A stretch of 32,000 nucleotides of DNA from Planctomycetales bacterium (lineage in GTDB: Bacteria > 4484-113 > JAFGCY01): contig CP060262.1 in NCBI GenBank assembly GCA_022646745.1, positions 4,080,262-4,112,261 of the forward strand, given 5' to 3'. Positions 16,846 through 25,457 of the stretch are shown here, piece after piece (the first letter of the stretch is position 1; every line of letters begins with the position of its first letter). The position numbers were made by a program, and so were the translations under genes. The notes below the pieces were generated by a model. That model searched no databases, was not told the DNA's origin, and was given only the letters and a program-made list of their open reading frames with translations.

Positions 16846-17562
16846 ATGAGCTATCAAAGGGGTATTGCGCTCGCAGTCCTGCTGGCGCTGTCCGTCCTGT
16901 TATGCAGCGCGGGCGAGAAGCCGCCGGCTGAGTTCATCAGCAGCGGCACTTTCAACGGTGGCACATCCAGGGGCGGCATGCTGCTCGAGGGCGTGCGCTT
17001 CGGACGCCAGGGCAACGCCACAAGAATGGTGCTGGATCTGGCGAAGTCCGACGGCTCCGCTGCCGATAAACATCCCGTATACAGCGTGGAGTACCGGGAA
17101 TTCCCCTACCGGCTGGTCATCCGGCTGGAAGGTGTGAGTTTCAGCGACAAGACTAAGGTACAGAGCTCACCGGCCCTGCCCTTCAGTGTGGTCACCCCGC
17201 CGGATGGATCCATCAAGGAGCTGCAGGTCTTCCTGAGCGGCCCGTCCGAGTTCAAGGTGATCGAGATCGATGACCCCGCCAAGCTGTCCATTGATGTACG
17301 TCCGCTCAAGTCGGACATACCCAATATCTACTCGGTGCAGCTCACCGGACCGGCCAACGCCGCCGAGGCCTATGCCCTGATCGAACAGGGCAGCTTCCCC
17401 GACGGCTTCCTGCCGGATGCCGTGGTGATGGGCAACGTGGTGGTGGTGGAGCAGACCTTCACCTCCGCCAGCGAGGCCGCCCGGATGGACCGGATGCTGC
17501 AGGAAATGGGGTATACATGTATCATCAATGAACGCAGGGGCAACGAACTCCCGCAAGTCTGA
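16846..17562 (+). CDS. secreted/lipoprotein-like protein with AMIN-like N-terminal and SPOR-like C-terminal regions
   Basis: Signal peptide with Cys (LSVLLCSAG). TRMVLDL...YRLVIRLEGVSF and KLSIDVRP resemble AMIN domains. YSVQLTGPANAAEAYALIEQ resembles a SPOR domain start. Domain calls come from motif memory. Confidence 0.65.
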   Translation: MSYQRGIALAVLLALSVLLCSAGEKPPAEFISSGTFNGGTSRGGMLLEGVRFGRQGNATRMVLDLAKSDGSAADKHPVYSVEYREFPYRLVIRLEGVSFSDKTKVQSSPALPFSVVTPPDGSIKELQVFLSGPSEFKVIEIDDPAKLSIDVRPLKSDIPNIYSVQLTGPANAAEAYALIEQGSFPDGFLPDAVVMGNVVVVEQTFTSASEAARMDRMLQEMGYTCIINERRGNELPQV

Positions 17563-17577
17563 TACCGGGAGGCGGAC

Positions 17578-17889
17578 ATGGAGCCGCAGGCAGGAAACTT
17601 GAATCAGTTCCTCATACTGGGGCTGCATATCATTGCGGTCATCGGCCTGCTGTTTTTCCTGCGCAGGCTGCATAATGGACTGCGCCGCCAGAGCTACAGG
17701 AGCATGACCAGGCTGGCGGACAATGCTGAAATGGCGCGCCGCAACATCCAGCGCATTGAAGATGAGCAGTGGCATGAGCGTCTGAACAGCAACCTGAGGA
17801 TATCGCGCCGCCAGCTGGGCCTGAGCCGGGAACAGCTGGCACAGCTGGCACGGATCGATGAGTTCCAGCAGTCCCGGCTCATGCGTTGA
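17578..17889 (+). CDS. small hypothetical membrane protein
   Basis: One TM helix (FLILGLHIIAVIGLLFFL) followed by a basic helical tail. Its stop overlaps the start of the next gene. Confidence 0.55.
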   Translation: MEPQAGNLNQFLILGLHIIAVIGLLFFLRRLHNGLRRQSYRSMTRLADNAEMARRNIQRIEDEQWHERLNSNLRISRRQLGLSREQLAQLARIDEFQQSRLMR

Positions 17890-18731
17890 TGAGCAGAACA
17901 GCAGACAGAGCAGGTAGCAGCACAGGCCGCAGTGCCCCGGCTGCACGCAGCACAACCCGGGGTGGAGGACAGCCGCCGGAGCAAGCCACAAGCAGCCTCT
18001 GGATGGAAGCCCTGCGCATCCTTGGCAGCATCCTCGGCATCCTCGTCGGCCTGGTGCTCACCGGCTTCTGCCTCGGCGTCTGGTACGCATCCAAGGAAGG
18101 CGCGGAGATCATGCGTGAGATCGCGCAGCGCGACGTGAGCGGCCCGCGTGAACAGGTGGACCGCTATGGTGAATTCTTCACCGGGCTGGACACATCACAG
18201 TTCATCGTGCGCCGGGACGAGCCGCGCAACCTGCAGAACGTGATCACCTATCTCTGGACCGTTGAGCACCGCCAGAGCGGCGAAGTCACCCAGTTCCGCT
18301 GGGAGTGGGACATGTCCACGCTGGACGTCGTGCCACGCTCCAATGGCGCCCTGCTGCTTGACCTGCGCCTGAAGAACCTCGCCGACAGTGAAACCGGGGA
18401 GTTCAATTTCTACGACCCGGATGACACATTCGCGCTAGCGATCGTCAACCAGGACATCTCACTGATAGGCATGGAGGACATCAGCGACAGCTGGGGCGGC
18501 AGTGAATACACCGACGGCGTCGCCCCTCCGCTGATCTCACCGGACGATGCCAAGGGCCGCGCCTCAGATTACGCCGCCGAGCAGGAGGAAAAGCTTGCAG
18601 AGGAGCAGGCTGCAGGCGGGGATGAATCCACTCCGGAGCGCGAGGCCGGGGACAGCAGTGAGGTCAAACCGGACATCAACCTGCCACCCTCCAACCATCC
18701 TGCGAACCCGCCCGTGCGTGAGGATATGTAG
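17889..18731 (+). CDS. hypothetical membrane-anchored protein
   Basis: The ATG at 17889 overlaps the upstream TGA (TGATG). Ser/Arg-rich N-terminus, one TM helix (ILGSILGILVGLVLTGFCLGVWY), and an acidic C-terminal tail. Confidence 0.65.
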   Translation: MSRTADRAGSSTGRSAPAARSTTRGGGQPPEQATSSLWMEALRILGSILGILVGLVLTGFCLGVWYASKEGAEIMREIAQRDVSGPREQVDRYGEFFTGLDTSQFIVRRDEPRNLQNVITYLWTVEHRQSGEVTQFRWEWDMSTLDVVPRSNGALLLDLRLKNLADSETGEFNFYDPDDTFALAIVNQDISLIGMEDISDSWGGSEYTDGVAPPLISPDDAKGRASDYAAEQEEKLAEEQAAGGDESTPEREAGDSSEVKPDINLPPSNHPANPPVREDM

Positions 18732-18846
18732 CGCTTTATCGCTACTTAACCGGCTAATCCGCAGCCTTGCCGCCAGCCCCGACAGACTGTCCTATAATTC
18801 AGCGTAACTTCCGCGCGCCGGAAGCCCGAAATTGGAGGAAACATCA

Positions 18847-20199
18847 ATGTCTCACGCAGTCAGTGAATTCATGGAGCAGGTCAAGGCAAAGAACCCGGCC
18901 GAGCCGACCTTCCACCAGGCAGTGCAGGAGGTCGCCGAGTCGGTCCTGCCGATCTACGACCAGCACCCTGAATTCGTTGAGGCCCGCATCCTCGAGCGCA
19001 TCGTCGAGCCTGAGCGTGTGCTCATGTTCCGCGTGCCCTGGGTTGACGACAGCGGCAAGGTGCAGGTCAACCGCGGCTTCCGCATCGAGATGAACAGCGC
19101 GATCGGCCCCTACAAGGGCGGCCTGCGCTTCCACCCGAGTGTCAACCTCGGCATCCTGAAGTTCCTCGCCTTCGAGCAGGTGTTCAAGAACAGCCTGACT
19201 ACGCTGCCGATGGGCGGCGGCAAGGGCGGCTCCGACTTTGACCCGAAGGGCAAGAGTGACAACGAGGTGATGGCGTTCTGCCAGGCCTTCATGTCCGAGC
19301 TGTTCCGCCACATCGGCCCGCGCACCGACGTGCCCGCCGGTGACATCGGCGTCGGCGGCCGTGAGATCGGCTACCTGTTCGGCATGTACAAGAAGCTGCG
19401 CAACGAGTTCTCCGGCGTGCTGACCGGCAAGAGCCCCGACTGGGGCGGCAGCCTGATCCGCCCGGAGGCCACCGGCTACGGCAACGTGTACTTCGCGCAG
19501 GAGATGCTGGCAACGAAGGGCCATGAGGTCAAGGGCCGCAACGCCCTGATCAGCGGCAGTGGCAACGTGGCCCAGTACTGCGCCGAGAAGGTGATCCAGC
19601 TCGGCGGCAAGGTGATCACGATGTCCGACTCCGACGGCTTCATCGTCGACCGCGACGGCATCGACGCCGAGAAGCTGGCCTGGATCATGGACCTCAAGAA
19701 CAACCGCCGCGGCCGCATCAGCGAGTACACCGAGAAGTTCGGCGGCGAGTACGGCGACCGCAGCAACGGCAAGAGTGAATGGTATGTGGACGGCTGCACG
19801 CTGGCCTTCCCCTGCGCCACCCAGAACGAGGTCGATGTCAACGAGGCCAAGGCGATCGTCGACAACGGCATCATCTGCGTGAGCGAGGGTGCCAACATGC
19901 CCTGCACTCCCGAAGCCTTCGCACACATCCAGGCGAACGGCCTGCTCTACGCACCGGGCAAGGCGTCCAATGCCGGCGGCGTGGCCACCAGCGGCCTGGA
20001 GATGGCGCAGAATGCCGCCTTCAGCTACTGGACCCGCGAGGAGGTCGACGGCAAGCTGCACAACATCATGAAGAACATCCACCAGCAGTGCACCAGCACC
20101 TGCGAGAAGTACGGCAAGCCGGGCGACTACGTGTTCGGTGCCAACGTGGCTGGCTTCATCAAGGTTGCCAATTCGATGCTGGCCCAGGGCGTCGTCTAG
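18847..20199 (+). CDS. gdhA: NADP-specific glutamate dehydrogenase
   Basis: Motifs FRVPWVDDSGKVQVNRGFR, KGGLRFHPSVNL, LPMGGGKGGSDFDPKGKS and GSGNVAQY. I chose the ATG at 18847 (GGAGG 7 nt upstream, 450 aa) over the track's TTG at 18832. Confidence 0.95.
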   Translation: MSHAVSEFMEQVKAKNPAEPTFHQAVQEVAESVLPIYDQHPEFVEARILERIVEPERVLMFRVPWVDDSGKVQVNRGFRIEMNSAIGPYKGGLRFHPSVNLGILKFLAFEQVFKNSLTTLPMGGGKGGSDFDPKGKSDNEVMAFCQAFMSELFRHIGPRTDVPAGDIGVGGREIGYLFGMYKKLRNEFSGVLTGKSPDWGGSLIRPEATGYGNVYFAQEMLATKGHEVKGRNALISGSGNVAQYCAEKVIQLGGKVITMSDSDGFIVDRDGIDAEKLAWIMDLKNNRRGRISEYTEKFGGEYGDRSNGKSEWYVDGCTLAFPCATQNEVDVNEAKAIVDNGIICVSEGANMPCTPEAFAHIQANGLLYAPGKASNAGGVATSGLEMAQNAAFSYWTREEVDGKLHNIMKNIHQQCTSTCEKYGKPGDYVFGANVAGFIKVANSMLAQGVV

Positions 20200-20221
20200 G
20201 AGCGACGTTGCGAAGGCGAAG
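20199..20221 (+). repeat. 23-nt direct repeat, copy 1 (GGAGCGACGTTGCGAAGGCGAAG)
   Basis: It matches 20290-20312 at 22 of 23 positions. It starts on the last base of the gdhA stop codon. Confidence 0.7.
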
Positions 20222-20289
20222 CCAAAGCTGCGTCAGCTCTTCCGGAATCAACAGAGCCCGCGCAGCTTCGCAACGCGGCTCCGGTAAAA

Positions 20290-20312
20290 GGAGCGACCTT
20301 GCGAAGGCGAAG
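20290..20312 (+). repeat. 23-nt direct repeat, copy 2 (GGAGCGACCTTGCGAAGGCGAAG)
   Basis: It matches 20199-20221 at 22 of 23 positions and abuts the 50-nt twin-hairpin element. Confidence 0.7.
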
Positions 20313-20361
20313 GAGGCCAGGCTGCCAGCCTGGCAAGTGCCAAGTCAACGACTTGGCCTCC
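20312..20361 (+). repeat. 50-nt twin-hairpin intergenic element, copy C
   Basis: GGAGG-CCAGGCT-GCC-AGCCTGG-CAAGTG-CCAAGTC-AAC-GACTTGG-CCTCC. A closing 5-bp stem encloses two 7-bp/3-nt-loop hairpins joined by CAAGTG. The architecture is the same as 28768-28817. Confidence 0.75.
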
Positions 20362-20374
20362 ATCAATGAACCAC

Positions 20375-20404
20375 AAATGGGACCCCGCGGGGTCCCATTT
20401 TTTT
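20375..20404. terminator. bidirectional rho-independent terminator between convergent gdhA and the TIR-TPR gene
   Basis: AAATGGGACCCCGCGGGGTCCCATTTTTTT: a perfect GC-rich stem flanked by an A-run upstream and a T-run downstream. Confidence 0.85.
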
Positions 20405-21992
20405 ATCCCTCGATCCAGCTCACCAGCTTGTCAATGAAGGCGTTGAAGAACTCCGTCGTGAATGACATGCCATTCACCTGGCACAGCCCGCGGATGTCCT
20501 CAGGCAGGTCCTCAGGCTTCGGCCAGCTGAAGCCGTCCATCATCACCGGGATGATATGCACGCCGTGGTGCAGCGCGGTGGCCAGTTCCTGCCTGACAAC
20601 GTCATCCGGGTCGGAACTGCAGCGCTCGAGGAAATCAGGGGTCAGCAGCACCAGCATGTGCCGGCTGTAGCGGATCGCCTCCTTCAGGTCCTCGGCGAAA
20701 TGGCCCTTGTGCAGGCCGTCCTGGTCACGGAATACCGTCTTGCCGCGGATCTCCATATGGGCCTGCAGCAGCATCGCGTTGGCAAGCGCCGGTTCCCGCC
20801 GGTAGCAGATGAACACGTCATATTTCTTCTCGTTGTCAGGAATCACGCTGACTGCCTCGGGCTGGCTGGCGATCTGATCAGCCACCAGCCTGTCCGGACT
20901 GGGTGACATCCAGTCCCTGAGGGTCTCCATTATGAACGGGGGCTGCTGAATGCCCTGCTTCGTGCAGGTCTCAATGGCCCGGTAGACTTCCTTCAGTGCC
21001 TCATCCAGCCTGCCCGCCCCCTGCAGGCAGATCGCCCGGCCGAAGTACAGCATCCATTCCTCTTCATCACCGCCTTCCCTGATGGTTTCCTCGGCCAGTT
21101 CGTAATAGTGCAGGGATTCCTCGATCCTGCCCAGCCTGCCCAGTGCATCTGCCATACCGATCATAGCCGAGGAAGCCAGTTGACCACTCTGTTCACGGTG
21201 CAGGCGCATAGCCTCCTGGAAAAGCTCAAGGGACTGCTGGGGCCTGCCCATCTTCAGGAGAATCGCGCCCCGGTTTCCGACTAGTGCGGCTGGAAGCGGC
21301 CGCTGCATCTCATCAAATATCTCTTCTACCCGGTCCAGCACTGCCAATGCATCCTCGTACCGCCCGATCTGCACAAGCAGGTAGGCCCGCAGGTTCATCA
21401 GCGCCATCAGCGGCTGCTCATCCTGCTCAATTGCCAGCTTCTCAGCGCGGTCGAGCCAGTGCAGGGCCTTGTCAACCTGTAACCTGTCGGAATAGAGCTG
21501 TGCCCTGAAGCCAGATACCCCCTGTGAAAGGGGCTTTCCCTGCGCCATGCACAGCTCATCTGCCCTGTCCAGGCTGGCCAGGGCGTCGTCATACGAGATC
21601 AGGTGCCTCTGGATGGTTGCCAGCATCAACTCCAGCTTGGGATCCACAGGCATGCCCTGGTCCAGGAAGGCCCGGCGCGCCAGTTCAACTTGCTGCTGGC
21701 CCTCGGCGTAATGGTGCAAGCTGATCAGGCAGCCGCCAATTCGCATCAGGATCCGCGGATCCTCCGGTTTTCCCTGCTGCTTGAGGATCTCAATGGCCTG
21801 CTGGGCGGCGCTCAGCGCTTCTTCGTAGCGCATCAACATGAACAGCAGGTCAGACTTGCGGTCCAGCAGTTCCGGATCAGCTGGCTGCCCAGCCGCCTCC
21901 AGTCTCTGTTCCTCGCTGAGAAGCTGCTCCAGTTGCTGGACAGGAGTGAGTGAGTTCTCCACCCAGCAATTATTGCATTGGCATTGCAGCAC
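20403..21992 (-). CDS. TPR-repeat protein with C-terminal TIR domain
   Basis: The C-terminal ~140 aa, KYDVFICYRREP...GKTVFRDQDGLHKGHFAEDLKEAIRYSRHMLVLLTPDFLERC...VVRQELATAL...IIPVMMDG, has TIR hallmarks, including the candidate catalytic Glu in RQELATAL. The N-terminal ~370 aa holds about 8-9 TPR-like repeats (YEEALSAAQQAIEI, YDDALASLDRADEL, YEDALAVLDRVEEI, and others). The start is uncertain (GTG 21992 or GTG 21962). Confidence 0.85.
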   Translation of the reverse strand: MLQCQCNNCWVENSLTPVQQLEQLLSEEQRLEAAGQPADPELLDRKSDLLFMLMRYEEALSAAQQAIEILKQQGKPEDPRILMRIGGCLISLHHYAEGQQQVELARRAFLDQGMPVDPKLELMLATIQRHLISYDDALASLDRADELCMAQGKPLSQGVSGFRAQLYSDRLQVDKALHWLDRAEKLAIEQDEQPLMALMNLRAYLLVQIGRYEDALAVLDRVEEIFDEMQRPLPAALVGNRGAILLKMGRPQQSLELFQEAMRLHREQSGQLASSAMIGMADALGRLGRIEESLHYYELAEETIREGGDEEEWMLYFGRAICLQGAGRLDEALKEVYRAIETCTKQGIQQPPFIMETLRDWMSPSPDRLVADQIASQPEAVSVIPDNEKKYDVFICYRREPALANAMLLQAHMEIRGKTVFRDQDGLHKGHFAEDLKEAIRYSRHMLVLLTPDFLERCSSDPDDVVRQELATALHHGVHIIPVMMDGFSWPKPEDLPEDIRGLCQVNGMSFTTEFFNAFIDKLVSWIEG

Positions 21993-22013
21993 GGCAGGTC
22001 GTATGCTGAATGG

Positions 22014-23150
22014 ATGGGATGGATCAGGGACAGCATCCGGGATTACGTCGAGCTATACCGGCCATTGCGCCGCAGCTTCATCGGCTGGCGCAGCCCGCTT
22101 GTGTTGTGGCCTGGCATTTTCGTTTTCGCGCTGGCAATCACGAGTGCAATCCTGCAGCAGCAGGTTGATCCAAACCAACTCAGTTGGAACCAGGGCTTCC
22201 TGCAATTCCTGATTATTGAACTGACCCCGCCGCTGATCATGCTTTGCATGATCACTGCCTGGTTCAATATCGCCCTTGCAAACAGCCACAATGCCCAGAC
22301 CCTGCTGGAACCCGCGCTGATGGGTGGCAACAGGGTAAGTGGATGGTTCCGTTTCCTGCTGGGCCTGCACAGTGGTCTGGTTCCGCTGCTTGTTGCCGTA
22401 TGTGGACTGGCAATCGTGCACCTGTCTGAAAAGCCTCCATACTGGGGTTTTCGCATTGTCGATGTCGTCGACAACTTCGGATACCTCCTTTGCTGCGTTG
22501 CCTGGACCGCGATCTGCCTCGCCGTTTACTGTGTGACAGCCAGCCGGCGATTCACATTCTTCCTGTTCGCTCTGTTTGCCATAGAGCTTGTCTTCCGTGT
22601 ATTCCTTGCCAGCAGCAATTTCCCGCGCTACTGGGACTCGTTTGGCCTGTCCGGCCAGCGGCTGGATGGCTATTACTACGTCCTGCTGGTTCTGGCCCTG
22701 CTCCTGCCCCTGTCAGTGATGCTCGGCCACTTGTTCAAACGGGACACCATGCTGATGCTCAGCACCGCCTTCCTGTCCCTGGTTCGTTTGGTGCATATCG
22801 CACTGCTCAGCATCGGGTTTGCCGACCCAGCCGTGTACGGCGGTGGGATCTATACGGCGCTGTATGAGTTTGCCAACGATGACACAACCGGCGACCTGAT
22901 CGAAGGCGTCTGGATCCTGAACGGCAGCATCTCTGACTCACTCTTCAGCCTGGAATTTACTGACAATTACATGATGCGTTCACTGATTGGCGATCCATAT
23001 CTCGTATTCATGCACCAGCTTCGCCTGTTTTCCGGCAGCCCGCTTGCCATGGCGGCCCTGGCCCTGCTCGGAAACCTGGCCTGGCTGTTCCTCGTCTGCG
23101 TCGTCTGCCTGTATTGTGTACGCAGGCATGAAAGGGAGATGGTGAGCTGA
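22014..23150 (+). CDS. polytopic membrane protein, paralog 1 of 6 (uncharacterised family)
   Basis: About 8 hydrophobic helices. The N-terminal motif DYVELYRPLRRSFIGWRS and C-terminal LGNLAWLFLVCVVCLYCVRR are shared with paralog 2. I chose the start at ATG 22014 by alignment with the paralogs' N-termini, rather than TTG 21978. Confidence 0.8.
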   Translation: MGWIRDSIRDYVELYRPLRRSFIGWRSPLVLWPGIFVFALAITSAILQQQVDPNQLSWNQGFLQFLIIELTPPLIMLCMITAWFNIALANSHNAQTLLEPALMGGNRVSGWFRFLLGLHSGLVPLLVAVCGLAIVHLSEKPPYWGFRIVDVVDNFGYLLCCVAWTAICLAVYCVTASRRFTFFLFALFAIELVFRVFLASSNFPRYWDSFGLSGQRLDGYYYVLLVLALLLPLSVMLGHLFKRDTMLMLSTAFLSLVRLVHIALLSIGFADPAVYGGGIYTALYEFANDDTTGDLIEGVWILNGSISDSLFSLEFTDNYMMRSLIGDPYLVFMHQLRLFSGSPLAMAALALLGNLAWLFLVCVVCLYCVRRHEREMVS

Positions 23151-23151
23151 G

Positions 23152-24336
23152 ATGGCTGCTTCAACCTCGATCATTTCCGAGTACCAGGAGTTCTACTCCC
23201 CGATCCAGCGCAACTTCGCCGGCTGGCGGCGCGGCGCGCTGCCCGTCATCATCGCCCTGCTCTGCCTGCTGGCACTGTGTGCGCTGCTGTTCATGGCCGG
23301 CTGGTGGCTGCCCGGGCCCACCCAGAACCTTGCGGAGCTGTTCCGTGACATCGGCGAATTCTGCCGTGCACTGCTCCTGCCCGCCGCCTTGACCGGCTGG
23401 GTGGTGCTGGCGCTTGCCAACCTGCGCATCGCTGACAGCCTGCTGGATGAGGCCCTGCTCGGCCGGCGCGGCAGCAGCGCATCCTTCCGCTTCATCCTGA
23501 CCTTGCACTCCGGTCTCTGGCCCGTGCTCGTCGGCGCAACGCTGCTGGCAACGGTGCTCGCCGCCCAGTCGTTCCAGGCCGCGAATGCCACCGAGCCCAG
23601 CTGGCTCGGGCCGTCCTACAACTGGGACTCGATGATGGAGCATGTGCGCGGCGAACTGCTGGTCAGGCTTGGCAACTTGCCGGGGGAGCTGGCGATGTAC
23701 TGCGGCTTCACTGCGATCGCACTCGCGCTGGCCTGCATGGCGCGGCGCAGCTCGACGGTCTGGTTGGTGTTCTGCCTGCTCAACCTGCAGCTGCTGCTGG
23801 ACATCCTCGCGGCCTTCCTCAATGTCAACGTCTATGCGCTGTATTGGCAGGACACGATGTACAGCACCCGCCCGCTGCTGTTCCTGCTGATGCTGGCCGG
23901 GGCTGCATTGGTCTACGGCCTGCCGCTGATCGCCCTGAAGGCTTCCGACCGGCCTCTGCTGTACGCATTCGCCTGGCTGTCCATCATGCGCACCGCTGAC
24001 CTGTTCCTCGCGCTCAGTCGCAACGGCTTCGTGGCTTCCGTGCAGTATGACGACTCACGCATGCCGCTTTTGAACTTCAGCTGGCATGCCAACCTCGCGA
24101 TGAAGTACCCGCTTTTCAGCTGCCTGCCGGAGAACTTCAACCGGATCTACGGCTTCGGGCGCGGGATCTTCGAGGACCGCTACATGCTGATGTTCATGGA
24201 CCAGGTGCGCGAGGGCCTGCCCTGCGGCAGCTGGGGGATCGCAGTGGCCTGGCTTGGCAACCTGGCCTGGCTGGCAGCAGTGCTCGCGGTCTGCCTGTAC
24301 AGCGTGCGCCGCTTCGAGAAGGAACAGATCACCTGA
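23152..24336 (+). CDS. polytopic membrane protein, paralog 2 of 6
   Basis: Motifs EYQEFYSPIQRNFAGWRR, LALANLRIADSLLDEALLG...SFRFILTLHSGLWP and LGNLAWLAAVLAVCLYSVRR. By eye, roughly half the residues are identical to paralog 1 within these aligned motif blocks. The start lies 1 nt after the paralog 1 stop. Confidence 0.85.
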   Translation: MAASTSIISEYQEFYSPIQRNFAGWRRGALPVIIALLCLLALCALLFMAGWWLPGPTQNLAELFRDIGEFCRALLLPAALTGWVVLALANLRIADSLLDEALLGRRGSSASFRFILTLHSGLWPVLVGATLLATVLAAQSFQAANATEPSWLGPSYNWDSMMEHVRGELLVRLGNLPGELAMYCGFTAIALALACMARRSSTVWLVFCLLNLQLLLDILAAFLNVNVYALYWQDTMYSTRPLLFLLMLAGAALVYGLPLIALKASDRPLLYAFAWLSIMRTADLFLALSRNGFVASVQYDDSRMPLLNFSWHANLAMKYPLFSCLPENFNRIYGFGRGIFEDRYMLMFMDQVREGLPCGSWGIAVAWLGNLAWLAAVLAVCLYSVRRFEKEQIT

Positions 24337-25457
24337 TGGCGACGCTGGCTGACAAGCTGCACGGACCAAGGCAATCTGCCATCCCGCTGGACAGTGTGAT
24401 GAAGCGCTGGTGGCGTAGGCGCGGACTGCTGTGGCTATTGGCGATGCTCTTGCCGGCGATGGTCTATGCCATTGCGATTACCGACCAGGTATTCAGTGCT
24501 GCGCCATCGCGGATCTCCCAGTGGATCATTTTCTGGGCTTATAACCGGCTGGTCACCACGGGTATTGTGGTGCTTTTGCTGGCATTCCTGGCGGCGATCT
24601 GGCATGAGTTCGGCATCATGCGCCGGATGGCGCGGGAAGCGGCAGCCCCGGATCCCGGCTTGGGCAGCAGGGAGTTCTTCGTGCGCAGCATGAGGCACCT
24701 GCCCTGGCTAGCAGCGGGCTTTGTACTCACCCGCCTGGTTATCATGCTGCCATTCCTGTTTGAGTCTAACTATCATGCGTGGTTTTCCGGCATAGGCAAA
24801 TTCAGTTACATCCCGGACCTGGTTGAGCACAGTGTCCGAGACCTGTACCTTGCCTTGTTCCTCAGCGTGGCAGCAGCAGCCCTGTACTGTTACCGTGGCA
24901 TGGCCAGGCACCTGCTTGTGCTGGCATATCCGGCTTGCAAGATGCTCGTGTGGCCATTCAAGATTTCGCCAAACACCTGGTACTGCGGCAGTGAAGGTAT
25001 TCCAGTTTCTGAATTGATCATGGCCTGGCTGACAGCCGCCATCACTCTCGCCGGCATCTATCACCTGCTAGTCTCATACTCAGCAACTGTCAGCAGCCCG
25101 GCACCGACACGGATCAGGAATCGCTACAGAGCCATTCCGGTAATGGCAACCCTGTTCATCCTGTCCTTCCAGGCCGTGAATGAACTGCTGCCCGACACAG
25201 TTAATACGCAGGACATTGGCTTCTGGATGAGCGAATCACTATTTTCTTGCCCAACATATCTGTTAATCGCAACTGGCAACCACGGTGATGTGATGGAAGC
25301 GGCATTGACCCTCAGTTTCGGCTGGGGTCCTGTCGTTCATGCGGGCTGGTACTGTGTCCCGTTGGCAATCCTGATCAATTTGTCAGTAGTGGCCATGCTG
25401 TGGTTCGCAGCATTTCTGGCCCTGCCGGCACCTGAAGGAGACCAGGCACGGGCATGA
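24336..25457 (+). CDS. polytopic membrane protein, paralog 3 of 6 (most divergent)
   Basis: The TGATG overlap indicates translational coupling with paralog 2. It shares KRWWRRRGLLWLLA with the RWWxGxGRxWL motif of paralogs 4-6 and has a post-TM2 REAAAPDPGLGSREF segment. The C-terminal motif is degenerate (LINLSVVAMLWF). Confidence 0.8.
   Translation: MATLADKLHGPRQSAIPLDSVMKRWWRRRGLLWLLAMLLPAMVYAIAITDQVFSAAPSRISQWIIFWAYNRLVTTGIVVLLLAFLAAIWHEFGIMRRMAREAAAPDPGLGSREFFVRSMRHLPWLAAGFVLTRLVIMLPFLFESNYHAWFSGIGKFSYIPDLVEHSVRDLYLALFLSVAAAALYCYRGMARHLLVLAYPACKMLVWPFKISPNTWYCGSEGIPVSELIMAWLTAAITLAGIYHLLVSYSATVSSPAPTRIRNRYRAIPVMATLFILSFQAVNELLPDTVNTQDIGFWMSESLFSCPTYLLIATGNHGDVMEAALTLSFGWGPVVHAGWYCVPLAILINLSVVAMLWFAAFLALPAPEGDQARA

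Noticed and set aside
18844-20082. 412-aa minus-strand ORF opposite gdhA
   Set aside because: It is a shadow of the canonical glutamate dehydrogenase gene.
20199-20361. Possible CRISPR array (direct repeats downstream of gdhA)
   Set aside because: There are only two 23-nt repeat copies, separated by 68 nt (91-nt period). There is no regular repeat-spacer periodicity and no cas genes in the window.
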